Assembly: GCA_029941685.1 (NCBI GenBank) | Contig: JAPYTC010000004.1 | Location: 1-44,389 of the forward strand | From: Planctomycetota bacterium | GTDB lineage: Bacteria; Planctomycetota; UBA1135 | DNA: 44,389 bases | Reading direction: 5' to 3' | Program-made: the position numbers and the translations under genes | The notes under the pieces: generated by a model | Seen by the model: the letters and a program-made list of their open reading frames with translations, nothing else | Told to the model about the DNA's origin: nothing | Database searches by the model: none | In this document: positions 19,379 through 28,907 of the stretch, piece after piece | Numbering within the stretch: the stretch's first letter is position 1 | Layout: each line of letters opens with the position of its first letter

Positions 19379-21187
19379 ATGAGTAAGTCATTCCCGGCAG
19401 AGCGCATCCGCAATTTTTCGATTATCGCGCATATCGACCATGGCAAATCTACGCTTGCCGACCGCTTTCTCGAAATTACTGGTGCGGTGGATACGCGCAA
19501 CAAGCAAGCGCAGCAGCTCGACTCCATGGATATCGAGCGCGAACGTGGCATCACGATTAAGGCGGCGGCGGTTTCGCTCACAACCCACGTTAATGGCGTA
19601 GAGTATTTGTTAAATCTCATTGATACTCCCGGCCACGTAGATTTCGCTTACGAAGTTGAAAAATCTCTGCAAGCGTGCGAGGGTGCGTTGCTATTGATTG
19701 ATGCTGCACAAGGCATTCAGGCGCAAACAGTCGCCAATGCTATGCTAGCGATGGAGCAAGACATGACCATCATCCCTGTTTTTAACAAGGTAGATTTGCC
19801 GCACGCGCGTCCAGAAGAATTTGCGGGTGAGCTCGAGAACACCTTGCTACTCGAACCAGAATTAGCTTTGCATTGTTCTGCGAAAACAGGCGAAGGCGTA
19901 GAAGCCATCATCGAAGCGTTAGTCGCACGCGTCGAAGCACCGCAGGGAGACCCTCATGCACCCCTGCAGGCATTAATTTTCGATGCCAAATACGACGAGT
20001 ATCGTGGCATTGTGGTTTGCGTCAGAATTATTAATGGCACCTTACACAAAGGTGATACTGCGCACATGATTGGCGTTGGCGCCGATTACGAAGCTGTTGA
20101 TATCGGCAAGTTCATGCCAAAAATGGTGACGCACGACTCATTGTCAGTTGGCGAAGTGGGTTACTTCATTTCAAACATCAAGAATCTAGAGGACGTCCGT
20201 GTTGGTGACACCATGACTATTTCTAAAGGTGAGCGAGCCGAAGCACTCAAAGGCTATCGCGAACCACAGCCCATGGTTTGGTGTGGTGTATTCCCCGTTA
20301 GCTCTGGCGACTTCGAAGATCTACGCGCGGCATTGAAGCAGCTAAAACTGAATGACTCATCGATTATATTTGAACCCGAATCTTCTGAGGCTCTAGGCTT
20401 TGGTTTTCGCTGTGGATTCCTTGGCTTGCTGCACATGGAAATCGTGCAAGAGCGTCTCGAACGCGAGTCTGATTTAAGCGTTGTGCAAACTGCACCCTCA
20501 GTGCCTTACCAAATCGTGCTGAAAGACGGCTCAGTAAAAGACATCCATGCGCCAGGCATGTTGCCTGACCCAAACTTGTTCGAAGAGATTCAAGAGCCAA
20601 TTGTTACGACTCACATCTTGATTCCCGTCGAATCAATTGGCGCGATAATGTCGCTATGTGCCGAACGCCGGGGCACCTTCTTACGACAAGAACATTTGTC
20701 TGCCAACCGCGTCATGCTCACCTGGGATTTACCCCTCGCCGAAATCATTTACGACTTTTACGACAAGCTCAAGTCTGGGACAAAGGGTTACGGCACGATG
20801 AACCTCGAATCGCCGCGTTTCGAATCAGCTAACTTGGTGAAGTTACGCATTTTGGTGGCTGGCAACGACGCCGACGCACTATCTACCATTTGTCACGCCG
20901 ACAATGCCCAGCGCCGCGGACGTGCCGTACTGAAAGTATTGCGTAAAGAAATTCCGCGTCACCAATTTGAGATAGCCCTGCAAGCTGCTGTTGGCGGAAA
21001 AATTTTGGCGCGCGAAAACATTCGTGCATTGTCAAAGAATGTGACTGCTAAATGTTATGGCGGTGACATCACTCGTAAACGTAAACTATTGGCTAAGCAG
21101 AAAGAAGGTAAGAAGCGCATGAAGAGCATCGGCAATGTCGAAGTTCCGCAAAAAGCATTCTTGTCTGTACTAACTACCGACGAATAA
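19379..21187 (+). CDS. lepA: Elongation factor 4
   Basis: IRNFSIIAHIDHGKSTLADR, GFRCGFLGLLH and KCYGGDITRKRKLL motifs. Confidence 0.98.
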   Translation: MSKSFPAERIRNFSIIAHIDHGKSTLADRFLEITGAVDTRNKQAQQLDSMDIERERGITIKAAAVSLTTHVNGVEYLLNLIDTPGHVDFAYEVEKSLQACEGALLLIDAAQGIQAQTVANAMLAMEQDMTIIPVFNKVDLPHARPEEFAGELENTLLLEPELALHCSAKTGEGVEAIIEALVARVEAPQGDPHAPLQALIFDAKYDEYRGIVVCVRIINGTLHKGDTAHMIGVGADYEAVDIGKFMPKMVTHDSLSVGEVGYFISNIKNLEDVRVGDTMTISKGERAEALKGYREPQPMVWCGVFPVSSGDFEDLRAALKQLKLNDSSIIFEPESSEALGFGFRCGFLGLLHMEIVQERLERESDLSVVQTAPSVPYQIVLKDGSVKDIHAPGMLPDPNLFEEIQEPIVTTHILIPVESIGAIMSLCAERRGTFLRQEHLSANRVMLTWDLPLAEIIYDFYDKLKSGTKGYGTMNLESPRFESANLVKLRILVAGNDADALSTICHADNAQRRGRAVLKVLRKEIPRHQFEIALQAAVGGKILARENIRALSKNVTAKCYGGDITRKRKLLAKQKEGKKRMKSIGNVEVPQKAFLSVLTTDE

Positions 21188-21192
21188 TCTTC

Positions 21193-22599
21193 ATGTCTGA
21201 CAAGAAAGAAAAATCCAAACATCCTTTTCGTGAAAACATCGAAGTGGTGCTGTTTGCGATTGTGATGGCTATGGGCCTCAAGGTATTTGCTGTTGAGGCG
21301 TATCAAATCCCTACCGGTTCAATGCAGCCCACATTGATGGGCACCGAATTGCTCGATCCCGCCACCAAGCGTCCAAATGGTGCGCTTAACGACCGCGTGT
21401 TGGTAGACAAGATTTCTTATTTTTTCAGAGATCCGCAGCGCTGGGAGGTCGTGGTATTTCGCTATCCTCTTCTTACACATAACAATTACGTCAAGCGCCT
21501 GGTCGGAATGCCCAACGAAGAGCTCTGGATTGACGGTGGTGATTTGTATGCCCGCGAACTAGACACCGATGATGATTTCGTAGTGCTAACCAAGCCATGG
21601 AAAGTCATGCAAAATATCTGGAAGCAAGTGTTACCCGGAGTCGGTGACGACCCCGCGCAGTGGCATGGTTGGCGAATCACTGGCAAAGCCACAAAAAACG
21701 ATGATGGCTATGTTGTGTTTATCGGCGACGGAAAATGTGATTATTCCTCCAGCATCCGCAATGGCTATTTGCACGGCTACCCCGAAGAAGTTTATTTTTC
21801 GGTGCCTAATGTTTCGTCACGTTCACGCGAAGTCGTCGGCGATTTGCGTTTGCAGTTTCATCTAGACGGAATTCAAGCGAGTGGTTTTATCGAAGCTGGC
21901 TTAGAGCTCGGCAACAACTTGATTAACGCAAAACTCGATGCCTCTGGATCGTTGAGCTTGTCATTACCTGACGGCGAACAACGCATCATTGAAATCCCCG
22001 CTAACTTTAGTGGTGATGTCGACCTCGCATTCTGGGACCACCACTTGCGTGTGTCCTTAGCTGGAGATGTTGTGTTCAACGAAAAGCTAGATGTTGAGCC
22101 ACATAAGCCTCGCCGCAATCGCATGCGATTCACCGTTAAAGGCAGCGGGTGGGTTTTGAGTCCGGTTACTGTGTCACGCGACATTCACTATTTACCGCCC
22201 CGCCAAAACGCTGCGCCAATCTTTGAAATTAGTGACGGCCACTATTTCATGATGGGCGACAATACACAAAACTCGTTAGATAGTCGTGATTGGCAACGCG
22301 AAACGTTCAGTTACGACAATGGCATTGATGCGCCTTTGAAAATAGCCGGCGATCATCTGCAGCATGGTTCTGACCCGATGTACAACAATCCACGCTGGAA
22401 CATGTCGCACGACATCATGACGGTTCGCGATGAGTTCGGCAACATTCACACCCTCGACGAAAACACTGTCAAGCAAAGTGCCGACGTCTTGCAGCACGCA
22501 CCATTAGTGCCACGCGAATATTTGCTCGGACGTGCGCTAGCAGTATTCATGCCACTGAAACCTATCGCTCCAACCAACCGCTTTAACCTAGTACAGTAA
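21193..22599 (+). CDS. lepB: Signal peptidase I with a large insertion
   Basis: IPTGSM (Ser), YVKRL (Lys) and GDNTQNSLDSR motifs; follows lepA. Confidence 0.92.
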   Translation: MSDKKEKSKHPFRENIEVVLFAIVMAMGLKVFAVEAYQIPTGSMQPTLMGTELLDPATKRPNGALNDRVLVDKISYFFRDPQRWEVVVFRYPLLTHNNYVKRLVGMPNEELWIDGGDLYARELDTDDDFVVLTKPWKVMQNIWKQVLPGVGDDPAQWHGWRITGKATKNDDGYVVFIGDGKCDYSSSIRNGYLHGYPEEVYFSVPNVSSRSREVVGDLRLQFHLDGIQASGFIEAGLELGNNLINAKLDASGSLSLSLPDGEQRIIEIPANFSGDVDLAFWDHHLRVSLAGDVVFNEKLDVEPHKPRRNRMRFTVKGSGWVLSPVTVSRDIHYLPPRQNAAPIFEISDGHYFMMGDNTQNSLDSRDWQRETFSYDNGIDAPLKIAGDHLQHGSDPMYNNPRWNMSHDIMTVRDEFGNIHTLDENTVKQSADVLQHAPLVPREYLLGRALAVFMPLKPIAPTNRFNLVQ

Positions 22600-22600
22600 C

Positions 22601-23329
22601 ATGAGCATTATCCTCGAGACTAAAAACATTAGTAAGGCGTTCAAAGGACGCGCCGTAGTTAAAAGTGTCGATCTCCATGTCAAATCTGGAGAAATTGTCG
22701 GCTTACTTGGCCCGAACGGCGCGGGCAAGACCACGACATTTCGCATGTGCATGGGAATGATTGCTCCAGGTAGCGGACAAATATTTTTGCATAACGAAGA
22801 TGTCACTGCGATGCCAATTTACCAGCGAGCTCGTCGCGGATTAGGTTACCTAGCGCAAGAGGCATCGGTATTTCGCAAGTTATCCGTTGCGGACAACATC
22901 CTCGCTGTTCTTGAGACGCTTAAGTTAGATAAAAACGAACGCGCTCAACAATGCGATGCCCTACTCGAAGAATTTGGCCTGACACATTTGCGCGATAGCA
23001 TGGGCGAAGTTCTATCTGGCGGTGAACGGCGTCGTGTTGAAATTGCACGGGCATTGGCGACCAACCCAAAGCTGATTTTACTTGACGAACCATTTAGTGG
23101 TGTTGACCCGATTGCGGTTGAAGATATTCAGGCGATATTGATGCAACTGCAGAAAAAAGGTATCGCTATTCTGCTTACCGATCACAACGTGCGCGAAACG
23201 CTGAGCATAACGACTCGTTCTTACATTTTGTCTACTGGAACTGTGCTTGCCGAAGGTACCGCCGAAGAATTAGTGCATAATAGTTCCGTGCGTAAAGTTT
23301 ATTTGGGCGAAAATTTCGAGTTAAGTTAA
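22601..23329 (+). CDS. lptB: LPS export ABC transporter ATPase
   Basis: GPNGAGKTT, YLAQEASVFRKL, LSGGERRR, DEPFSGVDP and TDHNVRETL motifs. Confidence 0.96.
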   Translation: MSIILETKNISKAFKGRAVVKSVDLHVKSGEIVGLLGPNGAGKTTTFRMCMGMIAPGSGQIFLHNEDVTAMPIYQRARRGLGYLAQEASVFRKLSVADNILAVLETLKLDKNERAQQCDALLEEFGLTHLRDSMGEVLSGGERRRVEIARALATNPKLILLDEPFSGVDPIAVEDIQAILMQLQKKGIAILLTDHNVRETLSITTRSYILSTGTVLAEGTAEELVHNSSVRKVYLGENFELS

Positions 23330-23398
23330 AGCAGGGCGTCCGCGAAATTGGTGGCGAGGGTAGAATATCGCGCCCCCATTCACACGATACACCTTGTC

Positions 23399-24136
23399 AT
23401 GGAAATCTTTAGCTTCGTTAAACGCGTTCCTTCCACAACCGCTAATGTGGAAATAAAAGACCAACAGCTCGACACTTCGGGTTGCGAGTTCGAAATCAAC
23501 CCATACGACCTCTTCGCTGTAGAAGAGGGCTTGCGTCAAAAAGAAGCCGCTGGCGACGGCAATGTCACTTCAGTCAGCTTTGGCAGCGACGCTTCGCAAA
23601 AAGATTTGCGCACAACTTTAGCGATGGGTGCCGACGCAGCTTTGTTGCTGAGAAACGATGCCGCCGACACTGCTGATGCTGCCACTACCGCCAAGGTCAT
23701 TGCGGCTGCAATGGACGGGCGCAGTTTCGACTTGTTGCTGTTCGGCAAGCAAGCCGTTGACCGCGATCAGCATGGTGTTGGTCCAGGTGTAGCAACTCGC
23801 TTGGGTATTCCTTGTATCACCGAGGTCATCTCTTTAACTATCGACGACGGCAAGGTTACTGCCATGCGTGAGGTTGAAGGAGCCACAGAAACTATTACCA
23901 CAAGCGTGCCTTGCGCAATTACTTGTCAGAAAGGTTTGAACGAGCCACGCCTTGCTTCATTGAAAGGCATCATGGCCGCCAAGAGAAAGCCTCTCGAATC
24001 CATCGATACTGAAATGCCCGCAATGGCACTTACTGTCGAGTCTACTCAACCACCAGATGTTCGCCCTGCTGGTCGTATCGTTGCCAATGCTGCTGAATTG
24101 GTCGACGCACTTCGCAACGAAGCAAAAGTTCTATAA
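23399..24136 (+). CDS. etfB: Electron transfer flavoprotein beta subunit
   Basis: VKRVP, INPYD, AMGAD, GKQAVD and NEPR motifs. Confidence 0.95.
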   Translation: MEIFSFVKRVPSTTANVEIKDQQLDTSGCEFEINPYDLFAVEEGLRQKEAAGDGNVTSVSFGSDASQKDLRTTLAMGADAALLLRNDAADTADAATTAKVIAAAMDGRSFDLLLFGKQAVDRDQHGVGPGVATRLGIPCITEVISLTIDDGKVTAMREVEGATETITTSVPCAITCQKGLNEPRLASLKGIMAAKRKPLESIDTEMPAMALTVESTQPPDVRPAGRIVANAAELVDALRNEAKVL

Positions 24137-24148
24137 AAGGTAAATAAA

Positions 24149-25087
24149 ATGTCATCTGTACTAGTCATTCTTGAAACTCGCAGCGGTGAACTTCGCTCTG
24201 CATGCCTTGAAACTGTTGGTGCTGCCCGCACAATTGCCGACGCTAAAGGTTGTAATGTAGTTGCTCTCGCAACCGAAACCGCAAACATCGATGCTGCTGT
24301 AGTTGGTGGCGCTGGCGCTGATCAATTAATGATTGCAACGGCCGATGCGCACTCTGCCGATGCGGCAGCAACAACTATTGCGCGCGTCGCTAAAGAAGTT
24401 GGCGCCGATGTAGTGTTACTTTCCGCCACCGTTCGCGGCCGCGACATCACCCCGCGCGTTGCTGCCCTACTCGACACTGGTTTTGCTGCCGACTGCACTG
24501 CAGTTGACTCAAACACCATGCTCTTCACTCGCCCAATATGTGGTGGTAAGGCTTTCAACAACGTAACAGTGAACGGTGATGTTGTAGTTGCCAGCCTTCG
24601 CCCTAACTTCTTTGCAAGTGCTGGGCGCGACCACACTGCTGAGATAAGCGAGGTGGCTAGTGAAACCGCTCTTGCACAAGTTGTTGAAGTGGCTGCACAA
24701 AGCGGCGGTCGTCCTGATGTAGCCGAATCCACCATCGTAGTTTCAGGTGGTCGCGGAATGGCAAGCCCTGATAACTGGAATCTAATCGAAGCAATTGCTG
24801 ATGCAATCCCTGGCGCAGGACTTGGCGCATCTCGTGCAGTAGTCGATGCCGGCTGGCGCCCGCATAGCGAGCAGGTTGGACAAACTGGTAAAACAGTTTC
24901 ACCTGAACTGTACATCGCCATCGGCATTTCTGGCGCGATTCAACATCTTGCCGGCATGAGATCTTCGAAGGTGATTGTGGCAATCAACAAAGATGCCGAT
25001 GCGCCGATATTCAAGCATGCTACTTATGGCATTGTTGGCGATGTATTCGAAGTACTGCCAGAATTGGCCGCTGAGTTGGCGAAGTAA
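24149..25087 (+). CDS. etfA: Electron transfer flavoprotein alpha subunit
   Basis: SGGRG, GASRAVVDAGW and QVGQTGKTVSPELYIAIGISGAIQH motifs. Confidence 0.96.
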   Translation: MSSVLVILETRSGELRSACLETVGAARTIADAKGCNVVALATETANIDAAVVGGAGADQLMIATADAHSADAAATTIARVAKEVGADVVLLSATVRGRDITPRVAALLDTGFAADCTAVDSNTMLFTRPICGGKAFNNVTVNGDVVVASLRPNFFASAGRDHTAEISEVASETALAQVVEVAAQSGGRPDVAESTIVVSGGRGMASPDNWNLIEAIADAIPGAGLGASRAVVDAGWRPHSEQVGQTGKTVSPELYIAIGISGAIQHLAGMRSSKVIVAINKDADAPIFKHATYGIVGDVFEVLPELAAELAK

Positions 25088-25091
25088 TTTA

Positions 25092-26087
25092 TCAGCAGTG
25101 ATAGTCGGCCAATAAAGCCTCAACCAAATACTGGCGCCGAATTAAATCTTCATCGATAGCAACCGAAGCGCGGGAATCTTTTATTAGGTTCACGCGCTTT
25201 AAGAATTGGTGCAAGCTTTGCTCCATAGGGTCGCCAATACTCACTGCGTCTTGTGCCTCATCAGCATGTGCAGCAAATTGCATTTGATAGTTTGCGCCGA
25301 TTATACGGTGACACAATTTGTCATCAATGGAGTACTCTGCAGGTGATGGGAACACACCAATATCTTCAAGGATAATCTCGCACTGTAACACGCGAGAATG
25401 GGTGCAATACTCAAAGCGCAATGCCGAATCAGGCGAATCTTTCGCGCGTTCGGTGTACTCAACTTTCTTTAGATACGCAGGCCCCGGGGATATTCTTTGA
25501 ATTAAGCTTAATGGGTGCGATAGCACCTCCTGCCAGCGTTTTTTCCCACGCAGTTTCGGCGACAACAGCATCGAAAACTTTCGCGCCTGCGACATATCGT
25601 GCTGCGGGTGTAGCTGATGCCACGCCTCTAAGGTGAATGGCCATTGGCAGTTTTCACTAATCAGCAACTCGTTTGCACTAAAGTTAAGAATTAAATCGTC
25701 GCAATGTTTTGCGCCAGACACGCACAACGGCTTTTCACAAAACACATGCGCATGAGAATCTAAACACTGCTGAATCCAGTCAATATGTGTGGTAGTTGGC
25801 GAAGCAATAATTACTGCTTCGGGATTGGTCTCAGCCAACATGTCTTCCTCTTCGGCATATACCTCTGGACGCAAGCCGCTGCCCAGCAATTCTTCGCTAG
25901 CTGCACGAGCTGAGTCGTAACTCCCACCAACAATTGCCACCACCTCGGCGCCGGCAGCATGGGCTTGCAGCGCCAATAATCCACCTGTGCCCATATTGGT
26001 GCGCCGCGCACCAACAATCGCCACCCGCAAACCATTAGCTATTGCTTGGGGTTTGCCCGGAGTTGGCTGAGAAGATGGCGACGTCAT
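25092..26087 (-). CDS. Gfo/Idh/MocA family oxidoreductase
   Basis: Rossmann N-terminus, IASPTTTH and HVFCEKP. Confidence 0.85.
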   Translation of the reverse strand: MTSPSSQPTPGKPQAIANGLRVAIVGARRTNMGTGGLLALQAHAAGAEVVAIVGGSYDSARAASEELLGSGLRPEVYAEEEDMLAETNPEAVIIASPTTTHIDWIQQCLDSHAHVFCEKPLCVSGAKHCDDLILNFSANELLISENCQWPFTLEAWHQLHPQHDMSQARKFSMLLSPKLRGKKRWQEVLSHPLSLIQRISPGPAYLKKVEYTERAKDSPDSALRFEYCTHSRVLQCEIILEDIGVFPSPAEYSIDDKLCHRIIGANYQMQFAAHADEAQDAVSIGDPMEQSLHQFLKRVNLIKDSRASVAIDEDLIRRQYLVEALLADYHC

Positions 26088-26117
26088 GCTGAATTGTGGT
26101 TATCCTAGAGTAGCGAA

Positions 26118-27104
26118 ATGCCTGCGTCACCTCCATCATCTTTAATGGTGCGTTTGCCGAATCCTCTCGGCGACGCCGTGATGGCATTGCCGCTACTTTC
26201 TAATATTAAACAACGCTTTCCTGACTGTCGCCTAAGCCTGGTAGGTAATCCAGAATATGAATCTTTATTCAGTGGTCTAAGCCATATAGACCAATTCGTT
26301 GCTCTTGATAATTCGCTTAGCATCGCCGAGCAATCCAAAATTTTAGAAGAGCAGCAATGCGACACAATTATTTTGTGCCCCAACTCGTGGTCGTCCGCAT
26401 TGGTTGCGCGGAAGGCCGGAATCAAGCAACGCATCGGTCGCACTAAACATTTGCGCTCGTTTCTGCTCACTCATTCTTTGCCAGCGATTGACAAACCGCG
26501 CTTAATGCCAGAACTGTATTGTGAATTAATTACTGCATTCGGCGTTGGCTTCTCTGTTGACCCAGCATATTTGCCTGCGCCCGAAATTGCAGTCAGTTGG
26601 GCGCCGCCAAAACTGGGATACTTCATGGTGGCACCTGGTGCCGCATTTGGTTCTAGCAAACAATACCCCGCACACTTAATGGCTACGGCCCTGAACGGAA
26701 TTCATGCAAAACACCAATTGTTGCCGGTGCTTTTTGGAGCGCCTAGCGAACATCAATCGCTAATTGAATTGTCGAAACTGCTCGATCATCCATTCATTGT
26801 CGCTAAACAATATGCTGACTTCAACGAAATCAAACACGTGATGAAAAAAGCAAGTTTCGTGTTATCTATGGATAGCGGTGCACGCCACATTGCAGTCGCA
26901 GTCGGCACTCCACAACTTGCAATCTTCGGCCCTACTGACCCAAGTTGGACTGCACACGCCATGGACGGCGCGGTATTCGTCGCAAATGACAAGCTTGATT
27001 GTCTTGGCTGTCACCACAAAACCTGTCCGCTCAAAGGTCACCCTTGCATGAATGACCTAGACCCGCAAATCATTATCGATGCCAGCTCAAGATTTATCGC
27101 CTAG
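26118..27104 (+). CDS. GT9 glycosyltransferase, LPS heptosyltransferase II (WaaF)-like
   Basis: LGDAVM, APGAAFGSSK, DSGARH and IFGPT motifs; C-terminal C..C....CP....C. Confidence 0.88.
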   Translation: MPASPPSSLMVRLPNPLGDAVMALPLLSNIKQRFPDCRLSLVGNPEYESLFSGLSHIDQFVALDNSLSIAEQSKILEEQQCDTIILCPNSWSSALVARKAGIKQRIGRTKHLRSFLLTHSLPAIDKPRLMPELYCELITAFGVGFSVDPAYLPAPEIAVSWAPPKLGYFMVAPGAAFGSSKQYPAHLMATALNGIHAKHQLLPVLFGAPSEHQSLIELSKLLDHPFIVAKQYADFNEIKHVMKKASFVLSMDSGARHIAVAVGTPQLAIFGPTDPSWTAHAMDGAVFVANDKLDCLGCHHKTCPLKGHPCMNDLDPQIIIDASSRFIA

Positions 27105-28179
27105 CAACGAAATATTGTTTACCGAGGCGCATTCGACTTGGTCGCAGTTATTGAGTGATATTGCAGAGTCAAGTCAAAGCATATTGTTTGAGAACTACAT
27201 TTGGAATGACGGCGCCGCAAGTGATGCCTTGCTCGTAGCCATGCGCAACGCAAAATCCAATGGAGCGGACATCACTATTCATCTTGATGCTATTGGGTCA
27301 TTTCACGCGTCGAGTCAATTACTCTCCGAAATATCAAAAATCGCAAAACTAGTGATTTATAACAAGCCGCGTTTCGAGTTTCTTTATTCGCGATTCGTCA
27401 ATAGCGTAATGCGACGTACTCATCGTCGCATCATCGTTTGTGACGACAAAAATGCTTGGGTTGGCGGCTTAGCTATCGATGATTTCTGGTGGCATGAAAA
27501 CATAAATCCATGCCGTGAATCTATGCTACGAGTGAGCGGCGCTATCTGCCACGAACTTAGACGGATTTTTTTCAATCTCGAGGCCAAAGTGGAGCATCGC
27601 AATTCAATTACTCTTAAACCACTAAGCGCTAACAGCGCTCGCGTATGCAACTTTAGTCCCTTTGGGCGTCCAACTTTTTTGCGGCTGTTACTACAACGAA
27701 TCGGTCGCGCACAAAACTCTATACACATAGCTACTGCTTATTTTATTCCGCCGCGCAAACTTCGCCGCGCCTTAATTAAGGCGCGACAACGTGGGGTCGA
27801 AGTGTATCTACAACTGCCTTCTGCAAAGTTACATGACCATCCAATGGTGAGAATGGCGGCACGCCGTCACTACGCGAAATTACTGAAACGCGGTGTAGTG
27901 ATTTATGAATACACCCAGAGCTTTCAGCATAGCAAAACGGCATTATTTGACAACTGTGACTGCCTAGTCGGGTCACCAAACATTGACCGCTGGTCATTCT
28001 TCAGGAATCACGAACTTTTAATTGAAAGCACTGATCCTAGTTTATGTGAACAGCTCAAACAGTCCTTTGACGCTGACATGCGCCGCTCGGTGCAGATTGA
28101 TCCGCAACTCTGGGAGAGACGCAGCACCAAAACCCGTTTACTCGAGAACTTCGCCGGAATTTTTGACCCCATTTTATGA
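27079..28179 (+). CDS. Phospholipase D family cardiolipin synthase (ClsB-like)
   Basis: Two HKD-type motifs (HRRIIVCD and HSKTALFD..GSPNID); TAYFIP. Confidence 0.85.
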   Translation: MPAQDLSPSNEILFTEAHSTWSQLLSDIAESSQSILFENYIWNDGAASDALLVAMRNAKSNGADITIHLDAIGSFHASSQLLSEISKIAKLVIYNKPRFEFLYSRFVNSVMRRTHRRIIVCDDKNAWVGGLAIDDFWWHENINPCRESMLRVSGAICHELRRIFFNLEAKVEHRNSITLKPLSANSARVCNFSPFGRPTFLRLLLQRIGRAQNSIHIATAYFIPPRKLRRALIKARQRGVEVYLQLPSAKLHDHPMVRMAARRHYAKLLKRGVVIYEYTQSFQHSKTALFDNCDCLVGSPNIDRWSFFRNHELLIESTDPSLCEQLKQSFDADMRRSVQIDPQLWERRSTKTRLLENFAGIFDPIL

Positions 28180-28907
28180 TGAAAGTTCGCGTAATGAGTT
28201 GGAACATCCATCGCTGCATCGGAGTTGACCGCCGCTTCAAGCCAGAACGGATAGCACAGTGCATCGGCCATTATTCGCCTGACATTTTATGCCTACAAGA
28301 AGTTGATCGTGGTGTGCCGCGCTCACGCAACCTATATTTAGACCATTATCTAGCTGACCAACTTGACTACGGCTATCACACTTGGGCACAGGCCCATGCC
28401 TTAACAACCGGCGCATATGGCAATGCCACCCTATCGCGTTTTCCAATCATCAAGCGTCGTGCTATCGACTTAACTATCGCCAACAAAAAGAAACGCAACA
28501 ATCTTTACACTCGAATAAAAATTGAGCGACGTAGCCTGCACCTATTCAATTGGCATCTCGGATTATCAGCCAAAGAGCGCGGCCTCCAAGTACAACGCTT
28601 ACTGCGTTGTAACACGCACGGCGACTTGCCAAGCAGCAGCCGCATCATTCTCGCAGGCGACACCAATGATTGGCGCAACTTGCTTTACAACAGTGCCGGC
28701 ATAGCTGATTCAAATTACCATGCCTGGAGCGAACACGGTCGTCGCAAACCCATCCGCACTTTTCCTAGCACGCAGCCTATTGGTGCACTTGATAAGTTTT
28801 TTTGGAAAGGGAAAATTGATGCTGAACATATTTACCCTGGGCATACTAAGCAAACACGCGTCGCCAGCGATCACTTGCCATTAGTCGCCGATTTTACATT
28901 AAGCTAG
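28176..28907 (+). CDS. Endonuclease/exonuclease/phosphatase family protein (YbhP-like)
   Basis: SWNIH, LQEVD, YGNATLSR, HLGL, GDTN and SDHLP motifs; coupled to the cls gene. Confidence 0.9.
   Translation: MMKVRVMSWNIHRCIGVDRRFKPERIAQCIGHYSPDILCLQEVDRGVPRSRNLYLDHYLADQLDYGYHTWAQAHALTTGAYGNATLSRFPIIKRRAIDLTIANKKKRNNLYTRIKIERRSLHLFNWHLGLSAKERGLQVQRLLRCNTHGDLPSSSRIILAGDTNDWRNLLYNSAGIADSNYHAWSEHGRRKPIRTFPSTQPIGALDKFFWKGKIDAEHIYPGHTKQTRVASDHLPLVADFTLS

Noticed and set aside
24322-24927. Long antisense or alternative-frame ORFs (e.g. 24322-24927, 32666-33205, 10389-10922, 29020-29493, 41518-41904)
   Set aside because: They are shadows of well-supported genes and have no recognisable motifs.
28174-28182. 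Second TGA-TGA, at the end of the cls gene
   Set aside because: It is the ATGATGA stop/start overlap with the next gene in another frame, and the cls protein is already complete.
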